Shown here piece after piece: positions 51,052 to 60,752 of a stretch of DNA of 64,000 nt (position 1 is the stretch's first letter; every line of letters begins with the position of its first letter). Below the pieces are notes generated by a model. That model saw only the letters and a list, made by a program, of their open reading frames with translations, ran no database searches and had not been told where the DNA came from. The stretch is from Candidatus Latescibacterota bacterium (GTDB taxonomy: Bacteria; Latescibacterota; UBA2968; UBA8231): positions 3,712,001 to 3,776,000 of the forward strand of contig OZ242318.1 of NCBI GenBank assembly GCA_965208105.1, in the 5' to 3' direction. The position numbers and the translations under genes are program-made.

Positions 51052-52893
51052 CTAGTCGTCGTCTTCGCGCTCGCTGAGCAGTTCGCCGCGCTGCAGGCGC
51101 TCCGCATTCTGGGTGGACCAGAGGATGTTCTTCATCACCTTCTGGGCGGTGATGTAGCGGGTGGCCGCCAGCAGATGGACCCGCTTTTCCTCAGGATCGG
51201 TGCTCAGGTCGTAGTGCCGGAAGGCGGCTTCGAGCACCTGAAACATGTGCAGCTCGGCGTCTTCGCGGAGCATGACGTGGGCAAGAGCGTGGCGCAGTCT
51301 CGTGATGTCCCGGCCCTCCTCGAGATACTGGCTGACCAGGAGTTCGGCCTCGAAGACCTTCTGAAAATCGGCCAGTTCACCCAGGCGCCCGAGCATGGCC
51401 TCATCCGAGGCGAAGTCCTCGCCGATGCGCTGGCCGTGCTGCGGCACGCGGGCTGCGGGCATGTTGAGCCAGCGCAGGTAGGTCATAAAGACGGCGCCGT
51501 GGAAGATGGCGCGCAGCAGCGCCTTGCTGGAAGCGTAGTGGAAGGCGCGGTAGAGGGCGTGGGCGTAGGAGTAGATGTTGGCTACGTCGTGCCAGTCTCC
51601 CTCGTTTTTCAGGTGGAAGCGCAGGGTGCGGACAGCGCCGGCGTAGGTCATGGCGCGGCAGATCTCGGTGGGGGGGACGCCGGCGCGCAGGGCTTCCTCG
51701 ATGCGGGCGATGATCGGCGCGAAGTCGTCGCCGAGCATGACCTGGGCGAATTCGGAGATTTCGAGGGAGGCATGGTTGCGCCGGTTCTCCTCCCAGATTT
51801 CGTCCAGGCGCGAGAAGGTATCCTCCAGCGCGGGCAGGCTGTCGGCCCAGCGCGAGGTTTCCTCGTGGCGGGTGCGGCTCACCAGGTCGACGACGATGGG
51901 GCGCAGGATTTCGTGGCCTCCCTGCCATTGGACGTAGTCCAGGGCTTCGAACATTTTGTTGGCGAAGTCGAGGGCGTGGCCGTCGCCGGTGAAGTAGAAG
52001 TCGGTGGCGGCGGTGAAGACGAAGTCGGCGAGGATGTCCCGGCCGCAGTCGCGGTCGCGCAGGGTGAGGAGGATGCGCTCGGCGGCGCCGTGGTGGCGCT
52101 GGTCCACGAAGGTGCGGAACCAGCGCTTCAAGGTCTCCAGGTCCTGGTCGGCCTCGGTGCGGGGGAAGGGAAACCGCTGGCGCCGCGAGGAGCCCGAGGT
52201 GCGCGCGGCGATCTGGCTCAGGCCGTGGACCAGGAAGAGGTTCTGGTCCTCCGGGGCGATGTCGTCCCAGAGATTCGCCGCCAGGGTGAGTATGGCCAGG
52301 CCCGAGGACCATCCCTCGCTGGTCTTGTGCGCACCGTAGTAGATCCCCTGCTGAATGATTTCCCGCGGCGTGGCGCCGGTCTGGCGCAGGGCGGCGACCG
52401 CCTTGGCGATGAGGAAGGAGCTGCGGTCCTTCAGCCCCTGTTCGAGGGCGCGCTTGCCGCGGGCGACCAGCCGCCTCCTGGCGTCCTCCCTTTCGCCCGG
52501 CGGGATGCCGACCCAGGCATGGCCGTCGTCGCGGACCTCCACCGGGAAGGCCCTGAGGTCGTCGCCCGAGGTCAGCAGGCAGCCTCCGGTCTTGAGGTCG
52601 AATTCCCAGTGGTGCCAGTGGCAGATCAGAACCCCGTCGCGGATGCTGCCCTTGGACATGGGGTAGCCCATGTGAGGGCAGCGGTTGTCGACCGCCTGCA
52701 ACTCCCCCTTGTAGAGAAAAACGGCAAGGTGGGTGCCGTCGACGGTGAAGGGCCTGCCCTCGCCTTCGGTGAACTCGGCGGCGGGGGCAAGGCGGTGGTA
52801 GACGCAGCTCGAAGAATCCAGGTCAGGGGGTGAGGAGCCTTCGAATTGCCGGTGCGCGGCGCTCTTCTCTTCGACGCCGGGGATCGTGGACAA
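51052..52893 (-). CDS. Rieske [2Fe-2S] domain fused to a large His-rich helical region
   Basis: NRCPHMG...CHWHHWEFD; TTG start at 52893 after AAGGAGG. Confidence 0.85.
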   Translation of the reverse strand: MSTIPGVEEKSAAHRQFEGSSPPDLDSSSCVYHRLAPAAEFTEGEGRPFTVDGTHLAVFLYKGELQAVDNRCPHMGYPMSKGSIRDGVLICHWHHWEFDLKTGGCLLTSGDDLRAFPVEVRDDGHAWVGIPPGEREDARRRLVARGKRALEQGLKDRSSFLIAKAVAALRQTGATPREIIQQGIYYGAHKTSEGWSSGLAILTLAANLWDDIAPEDQNLFLVHGLSQIAARTSGSSRRQRFPFPRTEADQDLETLKRWFRTFVDQRHHGAAERILLTLRDRDCGRDILADFVFTAATDFYFTGDGHALDFANKMFEALDYVQWQGGHEILRPIVVDLVSRTRHEETSRWADSLPALEDTFSRLDEIWEENRRNHASLEISEFAQVMLGDDFAPIIARIEEALRAGVPPTEICRAMTYAGAVRTLRFHLKNEGDWHDVANIYSYAHALYRAFHYASSKALLRAIFHGAVFMTYLRWLNMPAARVPQHGQRIGEDFASDEAMLGRLGELADFQKVFEAELLVSQYLEEGRDITRLRHALAHVMLREDAELHMFQVLEAAFRHYDLSTDPEEKRVHLLAATRYITAQKVMKNILWSTQNAERLQRGELLSEREDDD

Positions 52894-53055
52894 GACGCTG
52901 CCTCCTTGGGGGAGTGGACCGCACTTTGACCCGTCAATATACTCAACCGCGGTATGCGGCGCTATCTGCCGGTAGCGGCCGGGGGCTTGTCCATCGGATC
53001 GAAGTGGAACAAATTCAATCCCCGGGCGTTTCGGAATAAAGGAAGGAAACAGGTT

Positions 53056-53520
53056 ATGACGAGATTGAAGGAGATGGTACCATTGCTGGCGGCTGCCGTC
53101 CTCTGCGGCGGTCTGCTGGCCGAGGAGGCCGCCGCCCGCGGCAAGCGCGTGGCCCAGGTCCCCAACGGCTCCGCCTTCAGTTGCAACACCTGCCACACCA
53201 GGGGTGGCGGTTCGCCGCTCAACCCCTTCGGCATCGAGATCGCCGCCAACTTCCTCACTACCGCCGGGGCCGCCGGCGACGTGCGCTGGGGTCCGGAGCT
53301 GGCGGCCCTGGACTCGGACGGCGACGGGGCGTCGAACGGCGCCGAGTTGGGCGATCCGCAGGGTGCCTGGGCGGCCGGCGACTCCGGTTCGGAGGGGGAA
53401 GACCAGGCCATGGTATTCAACCCCGGGGACCAGGCCAGCACTCCTCCTGCCCCGGTTCAGGAGACCACAGTCGTGAGCACGGCCTGGGCCCGGATCAAGC
53501 GCATGGTAGGCGCCGAATGA
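53056..53520 (+). CDS. Secreted temptin-like protein with CxxCH motif
   Basis: Signal peptide; VPNG..CNTCH..GGG.PLNPFG..W..L..DSDGDGASNGAELGDP..W. Confidence 0.8.
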   Translation: MTRLKEMVPLLAAAVLCGGLLAEEAAARGKRVAQVPNGSAFSCNTCHTRGGGSPLNPFGIEIAANFLTTAGAAGDVRWGPELAALDSDGDGASNGAELGDPQGAWAAGDSGSEGEDQAMVFNPGDQASTPPAPVQETTVVSTAWARIKRMVGAE

Positions 53521-53616
53521 TGGACGCCCCTCAGGGAAGACCCTGAACCTTTCTCTGCGGCCAGAATCCGGCCGCTTCACCGGTTGACTGCACCGACCAG
53601 GGCGGGAATGGCTGCC

Positions 53617-55287
53617 TCATCTCGCCCCGCGCCGGCGCAACATGTCCGCCACCTCTCCGTGCCCCCGGCGCTGAGCCCAGGCCAGCGGCCGCGCCCAGTC
53701 CTCGCCGGCCCCGTTTGGGTCGGCTCTGTTCTCCAGAAGCAGCTCGACGAGCCGCGGCCGGCCGGCGCGCGCCGCCATGCCCAGCGGCGTCGAGCGGTCC
53801 GCCTCCTCGACGGCGTTGATATCCGCACCGTGTTCGAGAAACATGCTCAGCAGCTCCCCGGCCTCAGCCAGGTCACGGTGGTCAACGCAGACGTCGTGCA
53901 GCGGGGTGCGCCGATGCCAGTCGGGCAGGTTCGGATCGAGTCCGTGCTCCAGCAACTGCCGGGTCATGTGAGGCACGTTGTAGAGATACCCCTTGCACTC
54001 GGTGAGCACCTCGGGCATGGGGAACCGGCGCCGCAGCAGCATGCTCAGAATGGCCTCGTGGGCAACGGTGCTTTCCTTTCTGCGCAGCTTGCGATTGCAG
54101 CCGCTGACGACCGCGGTGTAAGGCGTCGTCAGGAACTCGGACTTCTCGGCCGAGAACGGATCTTCACAGTAGTTCAGGATCACCGCCAGGGTCTGGAGGT
54201 CGCCGCGCTGGGCGAAGTCCCAGGCCGTCACCGGTCGGCCTCCGTGACCGTAGAGCAATCCCCGCATCGCATCGGAGGAGGCCTGGATCGCCGGCGTCCC
54301 CGACGAGTCGACGCCTCCGTTGGGGTCCGCCCCTGCTTCCAGCAGCCAGCGCGCCATTTCCACGTCGTCCTTCACCGCGGCCGCCATCAGGGCGAAGCCG
54401 TGGGGGCACTGGCGTCCTTCGGGCAGGATCGGATCGGCGCCGCGGTCGAGAAGGTAGCGCACCATCTCCCGGTGACCCCGCTCCGCGGCGGCCGAAAGCG
54501 GCCGCTTCTGCAACCCTTCCCCTTCATTGGCCGCGGCCGGGTCCGCTTCGACGAATGCGCGCAATGCGCCGTGGTCGCCGCGCGCCGCCGCCAGGGCCGG
54601 GCTGTCGGCGGCTCCCGCGTCGAGCAGCATCTGCAACAGCGCTGCGCCGCCCTCGTCAGAGCCCCAGTACTGGTTCTTCCAGAAGGCGTAGTGGGCGGCG
54701 CGAAAGCCGCGGTGATCCACCGCGTCCACGTCGATCCCGTCCGCCAGCAGCATAGCCACCGTGTCGCCGTCGCCGCCGAGTGCCGCCAGGTGCAGGGCGG
54801 TCCTCCCCTGCCTGTCGCGGTGCTCGGCTATTCCCGGGACCGCGGCCAGCAGCTGCGCGACCTCGCCGCGGTCCCGGGCTTCCACCGCCCGGAGCAGACG
54901 CAGGTCGGAACTTTCTGCCGCCGGGCCCAGGGAAGCGCGCAGATAGGCGGCGATTCCGTCGTGTCCGCGGTCGTCAGCCATCTGGATGAGGTCGGAGACC
55001 TCGTCGAACGGGTAGGCTTCCCACAGCACCCGGGTTGCATCAAGGCTGCCCTCGCGGACCGCGAAGTTGAGCGGCGGCGTATACCAGAACTCGAGGCGGG
55101 GGCAGTCCGGGTCTTTTTTCAGGAGGTCGCCGATGGTCTGCGCGTCGTTGCGGATGGCGGCGCAGACAAGGTCCCAGTAGAGGCGGCCCTTTTCAGTATC
55201 GACGCACCACCTGGGGCGGTGGATGGCGTCGATCTTCTCCTTCGCGCTGCGGCTTCTGGAATCGGATCCTGGAGAATTCATCGTCAT
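53617..55287 (-). CDS. Ankyrin-repeat protein
   Basis: Repeated G.T.LH.AA..G..E.V..LL..GAD motifs (GRTALHLAA, RPLSAAA, RTPLH, STPLGMAA). Confidence 0.9.
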   Translation of the reverse strand: MTMNSPGSDSRSRSAKEKIDAIHRPRWCVDTEKGRLYWDLVCAAIRNDAQTIGDLLKKDPDCPRLEFWYTPPLNFAVREGSLDATRVLWEAYPFDEVSDLIQMADDRGHDGIAAYLRASLGPAAESSDLRLLRAVEARDRGEVAQLLAAVPGIAEHRDRQGRTALHLAALGGDGDTVAMLLADGIDVDAVDHRGFRAAHYAFWKNQYWGSDEGGAALLQMLLDAGAADSPALAAARGDHGALRAFVEADPAAANEGEGLQKRPLSAAAERGHREMVRYLLDRGADPILPEGRQCPHGFALMAAAVKDDVEMARWLLEAGADPNGGVDSSGTPAIQASSDAMRGLLYGHGGRPVTAWDFAQRGDLQTLAVILNYCEDPFSAEKSEFLTTPYTAVVSGCNRKLRRKESTVAHEAILSMLLRRRFPMPEVLTECKGYLYNVPHMTRQLLEHGLDPNLPDWHRRTPLHDVCVDHRDLAEAGELLSMFLEHGADINAVEEADRSTPLGMAARAGRPRLVELLLENRADPNGAGEDWARPLAWAQRRGHGEVADMLRRRGAR

Positions 55288-55562
55288 ACCCTCTGAGAAA
55301 ATCGCTCTCAACACAACCCGGTGCTGCCGGAATGGTGCTTCAATGAACGACCTTTTTCCGGGTCCTGCAAGCTCGCGGACCCCAATGGGCATGCGCGCCG
55401 CCGGGCAGGTGCCGGGAGAGAGGTGGCGATTGCCACTGTTCAGGGGGATAGGTACCTTGGAGCCGGAAGTATCGACCGGTGAATTTTGTCTGAGACAATG
55501 GTTAGGATGAACGCTGATATCTACCATGCGGTTTCGCCAGATTGACAAGAAGGAGTACAGCT

Positions 55563-56381
55563 ATGGAATCTTCGAAGATTGCCTTTGTGAGGGACCGGGA
55601 TGGGCTCTTCGATATCTTTTTGATGAATCCGGACGGAACAAATCAGACCAACATTACACGCACCCCGGAATGGGATAAGGACCATCCGCATTGGTCTCCC
55701 GACGGCACGCGCATCGCCTACTGTGACCGGCGCCATGGCAAAGGGGAAATTTACGTGATCAACGCCGATGGGAGCGAACCCAGGAGGCTGACCCACAACT
55801 CAGCCCCCGACCTTCGTTCTCACTGGTCGCCGGACGGACGGACGATTGTCTTTTGCACGGACCGTCACGACAACGTCGAGATCTATGCCATGAACAGCGA
55901 CGGTTCCAACCAGAGAAACCTGACCAATCATCCGGCGTATGATTTGGAATCGACCTTTTCGCCTGATGGCTCCAGGATTGCCTTCACTACGGACCGCGAC
56001 GGCCCGTCGCAAATCTACGTGATGAATCCCGATGGCAGCGGGCAAAAGCGGTTGCACGTTTCTCAGGGCAACGATCAGGACCCTGACTGGTCACCGGACG
56101 GCAGGTGGATTGCCTTCAACTCGGACCGAGATGGCAATAGATCGCAGCTCTACGTCATGAAAGCGGATGGGTCGGGTCCCAGGCGCCTCACCAACGTCGA
56201 GGGCGGCGGCATTGGGGAACCCTCATGGTCACCAGATGGCTCGGCGATCAGCTTTACGGGCGACTGGGAAGGCCGCCAGCAAATCTACCGTATTGATATC
56301 GACGGCGAGAACCTGATCAATCTCTCAAATAGCTCGACGAATGATTTTGCCGGTGATTGGGGACCAGCGATCAAAGCCTGA
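55563..56381 (+). CDS. TolB-like PD40 beta-propeller protein
   Basis: Repeated WSPDG..IAF..DRDG..IYVMN.DGS; AAGGAG RBS. Confidence 0.9.
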   Translation: MESSKIAFVRDRDGLFDIFLMNPDGTNQTNITRTPEWDKDHPHWSPDGTRIAYCDRRHGKGEIYVINADGSEPRRLTHNSAPDLRSHWSPDGRTIVFCTDRHDNVEIYAMNSDGSNQRNLTNHPAYDLESTFSPDGSRIAFTTDRDGPSQIYVMNPDGSGQKRLHVSQGNDQDPDWSPDGRWIAFNSDRDGNRSQLYVMKADGSGPRRLTNVEGGGIGEPSWSPDGSAISFTGDWEGRQQIYRIDIDGENLINLSNSSTNDFAGDWGPAIKA

Positions 56382-56384
56382 ACC

Positions 56385-57158
56385 ATGCAAATGAACAAAC
56401 GGATCGCCGTTGCGGTTGTGGTGCTGTCGCTCCTTCGTGCCAGCCAGGCGGAGGAAGCAGCGTCGACTTCCGCGATCACCAAGGAGACGTTCTGGCAGGA
56501 GACCAGGGCACTCGTGCCGATCCAGGTTGTCCTCCCTCCTGACTACGATGCGGAAGAGCACCGAACCATGGTGATGGTGCTGCATGGTTACGCCAACTCC
56601 GTGGAAAAATTCCAGGGGCCGGCCGAGCGGTTGGCCGCTGCCGGATTCGTGGCGGTCCTGCCCGAGTCGCCGTATGCGTTCGCCTCGGAGTGGGGGCTCG
56701 GTTACGACTGGACCCTCTATAACAGGGGTGACGCCGCCTTGCATGAAAGAGCCAGGCGATTGATGGTTACTGAGACTCTGCCGGCTATCGCAAGCGAGGT
56801 AATGCGGCGCTACGGGATCGCTGATGTGTACGTACTTGGATTCTCCCAGGGCGCCCGCATGGCAGTGCAAAGCTGCATATACGCCAGCGAGTTGTTCAAA
56901 GGGGCGATCACCTTCGGATTGTCGGAATACCAGCCTGCATGGTTCGACCAATCCGCCCTGGAATCTGCCCGCCGTATTCCTATTCTGCTCTTTCACGGAG
57001 AGCAGGACGAGTGGGCATCAGTCGACATTTCAAAGCGAGCCCGCGATCATCTTGCCGCCGAGGGGTTCCAGGTGAGCCTTCGCCTCTTCCCTGGTGGGCA
57101 CGCAGTACCAGGCGACCAGTTGGATTATGTTGCACAGTGGACCCGCGACAATGAGTGA
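56385..57158 (+). CDS. Secreted alpha/beta hydrolase (phospholipase/carboxylesterase)
   Basis: LHGYA, GFSQGA, HGEQDE, FPGGH. Confidence 0.88.
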   Translation: MQMNKRIAVAVVVLSLLRASQAEEAASTSAITKETFWQETRALVPIQVVLPPDYDAEEHRTMVMVLHGYANSVEKFQGPAERLAAAGFVAVLPESPYAFASEWGLGYDWTLYNRGDAALHERARRLMVTETLPAIASEVMRRYGIADVYVLGFSQGARMAVQSCIYASELFKGAITFGLSEYQPAWFDQSALESARRIPILLFHGEQDEWASVDISKRARDHLAAEGFQVSLRLFPGGHAVPGDQLDYVAQWTRDNE

Positions 57159-57594
57159 TAGGCGATTTCGCATCCGGCAGGCAGAAACGTCTGAAATCCA
57201 GGAAAAGTGCGGGAATTTGGTCCCCGAGATCCCGCTGACGCACAAATTTCGAGCCAGAATCTCGGACAGGTCGGTCACAAATTTTGTCGCCGAGATGGAG
57301 AGCAAGGTCATTGCCTTCGTTGTCGGTTATGGTGAGGAGAGCGGCTGCTTCTATATCTATCTTTTCGGTGTCGAACCAAACTACAGAAACCAGGGCGTGG
57401 GGCAGGGTCTGCTCAGGCACGTCGAGCGGTGGGCAGAAAAAAGCGAATACAATGGCATGGCTGTTCAATCGAGAAATAAATTCCCCGACATGCTGCGTCT
57501 ATTGATCAGGAATAAATATAAGATCGTGGCATTCTTTAACCGCGGGCACTGCGATACCAGCCCGATCCGCTTCGAGAAGAAATGGTGTTCGTGA
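57151..57594 (+). CDS. GNAT family N-acetyltransferase
   Basis: VEPNYRNQGVGQGLL acetyl-CoA motif. Confidence 0.85.
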   Translation: MSDRRFRIRQAETSEIQEKCGNLVPEIPLTHKFRARISDRSVTNFVAEMESKVIAFVVGYGEESGCFYIYLFGVEPNYRNQGVGQGLLRHVERWAEKSEYNGMAVQSRNKFPDMLRLLIRNKYKIVAFFNRGHCDTSPIRFEKKWCS

Positions 57595-57720
57595 GCACAT
57601 GGACTTCTTCACCAAACACAGCGGCGTTGCGTCTGGACGGAATGACAAGCAGGTCTTCGGGAACCTCTTGGGATTCGAGACCTGAGACAATGGAATAGTA
57701 TCGTCAGTACATCAAATGCG

Positions 57721-58500
57721 ATGAATCAGGATTTAAAGCGCTACGACCGATTTGGTTGGGACTATGAGCATTTCAATCCTCTTGCCGAGGAGGAGGTGAA
57801 TTGGCATGTCAGGTTCGCACGTAAAACCGGTGGACCAGTACTTGGCTTGGCTTGCGGGACGGCGCGGCTGCTTATGGAAATTGCGCGGGACGGTTTCACT
57901 GTGGATGGTATTGACTTGTCAGAGGGCATGTTGGAATTGGCAACCCGGAAGATCGAGAAGCTGCCAGCCGGAATCGACGCGCTGATCCAACTGCACTGCA
58001 TGGACATGGCCGACTTTCAGCTTCCCCGAGCTTACGGTCTGATTTTGATTGCTGACAACTCATTCAGGGAACTCAGGACTGAACGAGAACGACGATCTTG
58101 TCTGGGGTGCGTGGAGAGACATCTCCGATCGGACGGAATACTTCTGGTAACCGAACGTCGATTTGATCCTGACAGATTTGGGGTTGAATCGACGGGTGAC
58201 TCCTGGTCTGAATCCATTCCTCATCCGCTGATGGACGCACAGGTTCAGCGTAAGGTGAAGGCGGAACTATCAGAGGACGGGGACTGGATACGGGGTTCGA
58301 TGATCTACAGGATAATTAGCGCTGACGAAACTGAGACCATTGAAGATTGTTTCTTTACCGCGCCCGTGATGCACTACAATGAATATTTCTCGCTGTTTGC
58401 AGAGGTGGGTTTCTCGGTTAAATCCTATGTAGATTACCAGGAACGGGAAGAGGATGGAAGAAGTCCGATTCTCTGCTTTGTGTGCGAAAAGGCTGGATGA
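57721..58500 (+). CDS. Class I SAM-dependent methyltransferase
   Basis: VLGLACGTAR, GIDLSEGML, MDMADFQL. Confidence 0.85.
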   Translation: MNQDLKRYDRFGWDYEHFNPLAEEEVNWHVRFARKTGGPVLGLACGTARLLMEIARDGFTVDGIDLSEGMLELATRKIEKLPAGIDALIQLHCMDMADFQLPRAYGLILIADNSFRELRTERERRSCLGCVERHLRSDGILLVTERRFDPDRFGVESTGDSWSESIPHPLMDAQVQRKVKAELSEDGDWIRGSMIYRIISADETETIEDCFFTAPVMHYNEYFSLFAEVGFSVKSYVDYQEREEDGRSPILCFVCEKAG

Positions 58501-58621
58501 GGGAGACCGGATAGACACATATGAAACGCCTGAAAGTTAGCAGTCTGTTAATGTTGACCGAAATCGACCGGGTTCCCTGCTTGCTCATCCTTTTTGATAA
58601 ACTTGGTGTTTGAGTCTGAAT

Positions 58622-59419
58622 ATGAACCGCATGCATGAAGCCAACCGCCGGCTGTGGAATGATCGGGCCGATATCTGGGAAGAACGAAGCAATCGAGAAG
58701 ATCGGTGGCATCGGTGCCACAAAGATCCTGATCTGGCCTTCGAAGGTGGCGCTCTTCAACTGATTCAGGAAGTTTCCGGGGGGATTAGCGACAAGAAGGT
58801 GTGTGTGATCGGCAGCGGCGACAACATGGCGGCGTTCGCCCTTGCAGGGATGGGTGCCCAGGTTACGTCGACGGACATCTCGGAAGAGCGTTTAGCCACG
58901 GCATAGCGCAGAGCCGAGCAGCTAGGTTTGTCCATTGCATTCCTTCGATCGGATGCTGCCTGCCAGGAATCGCTGGCCGATTCGAGCTTCGACCTCGTAT
59001 GCTCGACCAACGGCTTTTTTGTGTGGGTCGCCGACCTCGAAGCGGTTTTCGGTGAAGTCGCGCGAATTCTCCAACCAGGTGGCTCTTACGTGTATTTCGA
59101 TGTCCACCCCTTTCAGCGTCCCTGGAAGGACCGGGCGATGCCGGTTGAAATGGAAAAGCCATACTGGTCCATAGGGCCATTTCAGTCGCAAAATTGTGAC
59201 TCTTATGAATTCAACTGGACCTTGGCCGACCTCTTGAACCCAATGGCTGCGGCGGGCCTCATGTTGGTCAAGCTCTTGGAGAGTCCGGCTCGCGACACGC
59301 GGTATTGGCAGGGGTCTTCTCCTTGCGACGCCGTTGACGAAATCTCATTGGAGTGGACCGAAAATCCCCGGGCAGGACTCCCCGTATGGCTTGCGGTAGC
59401 GGCGCGCAAGGTAGTTTAG
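58622..59419 (+). pseudogene. Class I SAM-dependent methyltransferase with in-frame TAG at 58904-58906
   Basis: ORFs 58610-58906 and 58928-59419 are in the same frame; CVIGSGD, TDISEERL, FDLV, ARILQPGG. Confidence 0.8.
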
Positions 59420-59560
59420 GGGAGAAATTGAAGCCTCATGGATTCCACTCGTGAACCGGAGGAAATCATTTTTGACCGGATGGCCGAGCGTAATGGAATG
59501 GTATCGTGAGACCTTAGCCGCCATGCAAGTCAGAATCAGAGACGGAGAATACAGCTTCTT

Positions 59561-60073
59561 GTGTCCAGAGTATTCAGAAATGCCCATTCCGATGATGTGA
59601 GGGGTATCGCCGAAGTCCATGTTCGTTCCTGGCAGGCTGCTTATCGAGGACAGGTCCCTGATTCGTATCTCGAAGGGCTGTCGGTTGCGAAACGGGAGTT
59701 GATGTGGACTGAAATTCTAAAGGATCAGGTGCGTGGTGTTCTGGTAGCAGAAGATGAGGCGAAAATCGTTGGATTTTCGAGCTTTGGCCCAGTCCGGGAT
59801 AAAGAAGAAATCAGACCTCTGACTGGAGAGATTTATTCGATCTACGTACTGGAAGCATTCTGGAATCTCCGGATCGGCAGAACACTGATGAAAGACTCTT
59901 TGACAGCTCTGGAGAGAGATGGCTTTAGCTCTGTAAAAGTCTGGGTCCTGGAAACCAATCAAAGAGCTATATCCTTCTACGAGAAATTTGGATTCAAGAC
60001 CGATGGTTTGAGAAAAACTGAAAAGCGAGAAGATTTCGAACTGCGAGAGATTCGGTACGGCATGTTCCTTTGA
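59561..60073 (+). CDS. GNAT family N-acetyltransferase
   Basis: IAEVHVRSWQAAY, EIYSIYV, WVLETNQRAISFYEKFGF. Confidence 0.9.
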   Translation: MSRVFRNAHSDDVRGIAEVHVRSWQAAYRGQVPDSYLEGLSVAKRELMWTEILKDQVRGVLVAEDEAKIVGFSSFGPVRDKEEIRPLTGEIYSIYVLEAFWNLRIGRTLMKDSLTALERDGFSSVKVWVLETNQRAISFYEKFGFKTDGLRKTEKREDFELREIRYGMFL

Positions 60074-60077
60074 AGAA

Positions 60078-60180
60078 ATCTGACGCCGACGCCGCACCAC
60101 GTGGCGTCTTTATGATAGAAAGAGCACGGCGGGACACTGGCTCTCTGGGCTACGGGTTAGCGCATTTGAAACGTTATCGG
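60078..60180 (+). other. Degenerate attC-like site
   Basis: ATCTGAC (one change from RYYTAAC) just after the stop codon, GCCGACGCCG, inner hairpin, then GGGTTAG..AAACGTTAT. Confidence 0.35.
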
Positions 60181-60207
60181 CAACGGCAATGAGAGGACTT
60201 TGTCGAG

Positions 60208-60549
60208 ATGATGTTCAGGATTCGAAGATATCAGGTCGTTCCAGGCAAGACAAAGGCGTTCAACGACTTCTTCCTGACGAGACTGTTCCCCGTTCAGAAA
60301 AGGTACGGAGCCCGTCTCGTCGGCAGGTTCCAAACAGAGGATGGCCTCCAGATCATCGCGGTATGGGCTTACCAGAGTTTCGACCAATACAAAGAGGTGC
60401 AGAGCTTGGCCGCCGAGGATGCCGATTCGATTGCGGCTCGAGAGTATCGACGAAAGGAGTTGGATCCTCTCTTCACGGAGACGGATGAGTCCTTTATGAA
60501 TTCGACGGTACCAATGGCATTGACGGAACTCTCTCACTTGGATGCGTAA
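60208..60549 (+). CDS. NIPSNAP family protein
   Basis: IRRYQVVPGK..F..YGARLVG..WAYQSF; GAGAGGA RBS. Confidence 0.8.
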   Translation: MMFRIRRYQVVPGKTKAFNDFFLTRLFPVQKRYGARLVGRFQTEDGLQIIAVWAYQSFDQYKEVQSLAAEDADSIAAREYRRKELDPLFTETDESFMNSTVPMALTELSHLDA

Positions 60550-60752
60550 GTGCAAGAACTGGCTTCAACTCCCAAAGTATGCGATGACCTGCAGAATTGG
60601 GGCAGCTCAGGTCTCGGGTGAGGCGAGTTTGCCGCAGACCGAGGCCGTCAACGCGTCAGTCCCGAATTCAAATTGGAATCGGCAGATAGAGCTCTCCCGG
60701 CATCCATCAAATGGATCAAGCAAATGGCTTCTGACGGATCGATGGTGAATTG

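Noticed and set aside
52927-52938. TTGAC-CC-GTCAA palindrome as an FNR/CRP box
   Set aside because: The spacer is 2 nt rather than the 4 nt required; single occurrence.
52894-53580. N-terminal extension of the Rieske ORF (842 aa in the track)
   Set aside because: It overlaps the temptin-like gene on the other strand, and a strong RBS supports the TTG start at 52893.
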